Origin: a virus
Lineage: Duplodnaviria > Heunggongvirae > Uroviricota > Caudoviricetes
IMG/VR virus record: IMGVR_UViG_2778260995_000017
Coordinates: 1-7,524 of that record
Length of the DNA: 7,524 nt
Direction: 5' to 3' (one strand)
Position 1 is the first letter of the stretch, and each line of letters opens with the position of its first letter. This document shows, piece by piece, positions 7,213 through 7,524 of the stretch. A program made the translations under genes and the position numbers. Under the pieces are notes generated by a model, which saw only the letters and a list, made by a program, of their open reading frames with translations, searched no databases and was not told the origin of the DNA.

Positions 7213-7524
7213 TCAGCGACCAATCACCACAACCTGACCACCGTCCCCTTCGTCTGCCGTGCTGATCTCCTGAGAAACCACGCGTGACCCCACGCGCATT
7301 TCCCCGTACAGAACAGGCAGAACATTGCCCTGGGCAACCATGTTATCCAGTGAGGAGAAATAGGTGTTCTGCTTACCGTTATCCGTTGTCTGTGTACGGG
7401 GAGTTCTGGCTTTCGGTGCCAGCATCTGCGCCACACCACCGAGCACTATACTGGCACCGAGAGAAAACAGGATGCCGGTCATACCACCGGCCCCAATGGC
7501 TGCCCCCCATGCTGCAAGGGTGGC
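7213..7524 (-). CDS. I: Tail assembly protein I (lambda gpI family), C-terminal portion only; the 5' end lies beyond the window edge
   Basis: The minus-strand frame is open from the window end (7524) to a stop at 7213-7215. Translation ...ATLAAWGAAIGAGGMTGILFSLGASIVLGGVAQMLAPKARTPRTQTTDNGKQNTYFSSLDNMVAQGNVLPVLYGEMRVGSRVVSQEISTADEGDGGQVVVIGR matches the C-terminus of phage lambda gpI as I recall it, with a few substitutions. The Met at 7480-7482 used by the ORF track is internal, not the true start. Sits directly upstream of J, as in lambda. Confidence 0.85.
   Translation of the reverse strand, partial: ATLAAWGAAIGAGGMTGILFSLGASIVLGGVAQMLAPKARTPRTQTTDNGKQNTYFSSLDNMVAQGNVLPVLYGEMRVGSRVVSQEISTADEGDGGQVVVIGR

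Noticed and set aside
7224-7439. 71-aa minus-strand ORF overlapping gene I in another frame
   Set aside because: The overlapping frame encodes the recognisable gpI C-terminus; this one is an alternate-frame artefact.
1-7524. Window being wild-type phage lambda itself
   Set aside because: I, most of J and the Stf N-terminus are lambda-like, but the J C-terminus, the Stf distal domain, the absence of lom and tfa, and the three downstream genes do not match lambda. This is a lambdoid mosaic relative, not lambda.

Overview
This window is the distal end of a lambda-like (lambdoid) phage or prophage tail morphogenesis module, with every supportable gene on the minus strand. In transcription order (high to low coordinate) it holds the 3' part of tail assembly gene I (cut by the window edge), a complete host-specificity gene J (1137 aa), a hairpin plus T-tract terminator, and a side-tail-fibre (Stf-like) gene of about 795 aa. 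The Stf-like gene has a lambda-Stf-like N-terminus, an Ala/Ser/Thr-rich shaft with a near-perfect 189-bp tandem duplication, and a distal domain unlike lambda's. Downstream, where lambda carries tfa, sit three small tightly packed genes: a 93-aa acidic protein start/stop-overlapped with stf, a 233-aa coiled-coil protein with a C-terminal peptidase S74-like (intramolecular chaperone) domain, and a 95-aa predicted membrane protein. No canonical Tfa and no lom are present. The plus-strand ORFs in the track are antisense or alternate-frame artefacts. The most interesting material is the non-canonical fibre-accessory trio at 1..1294 and the mosaic receptor-binding ends of J and Stf. Protein identifications rest on reading the translations against recalled family sequences; no database search was run.
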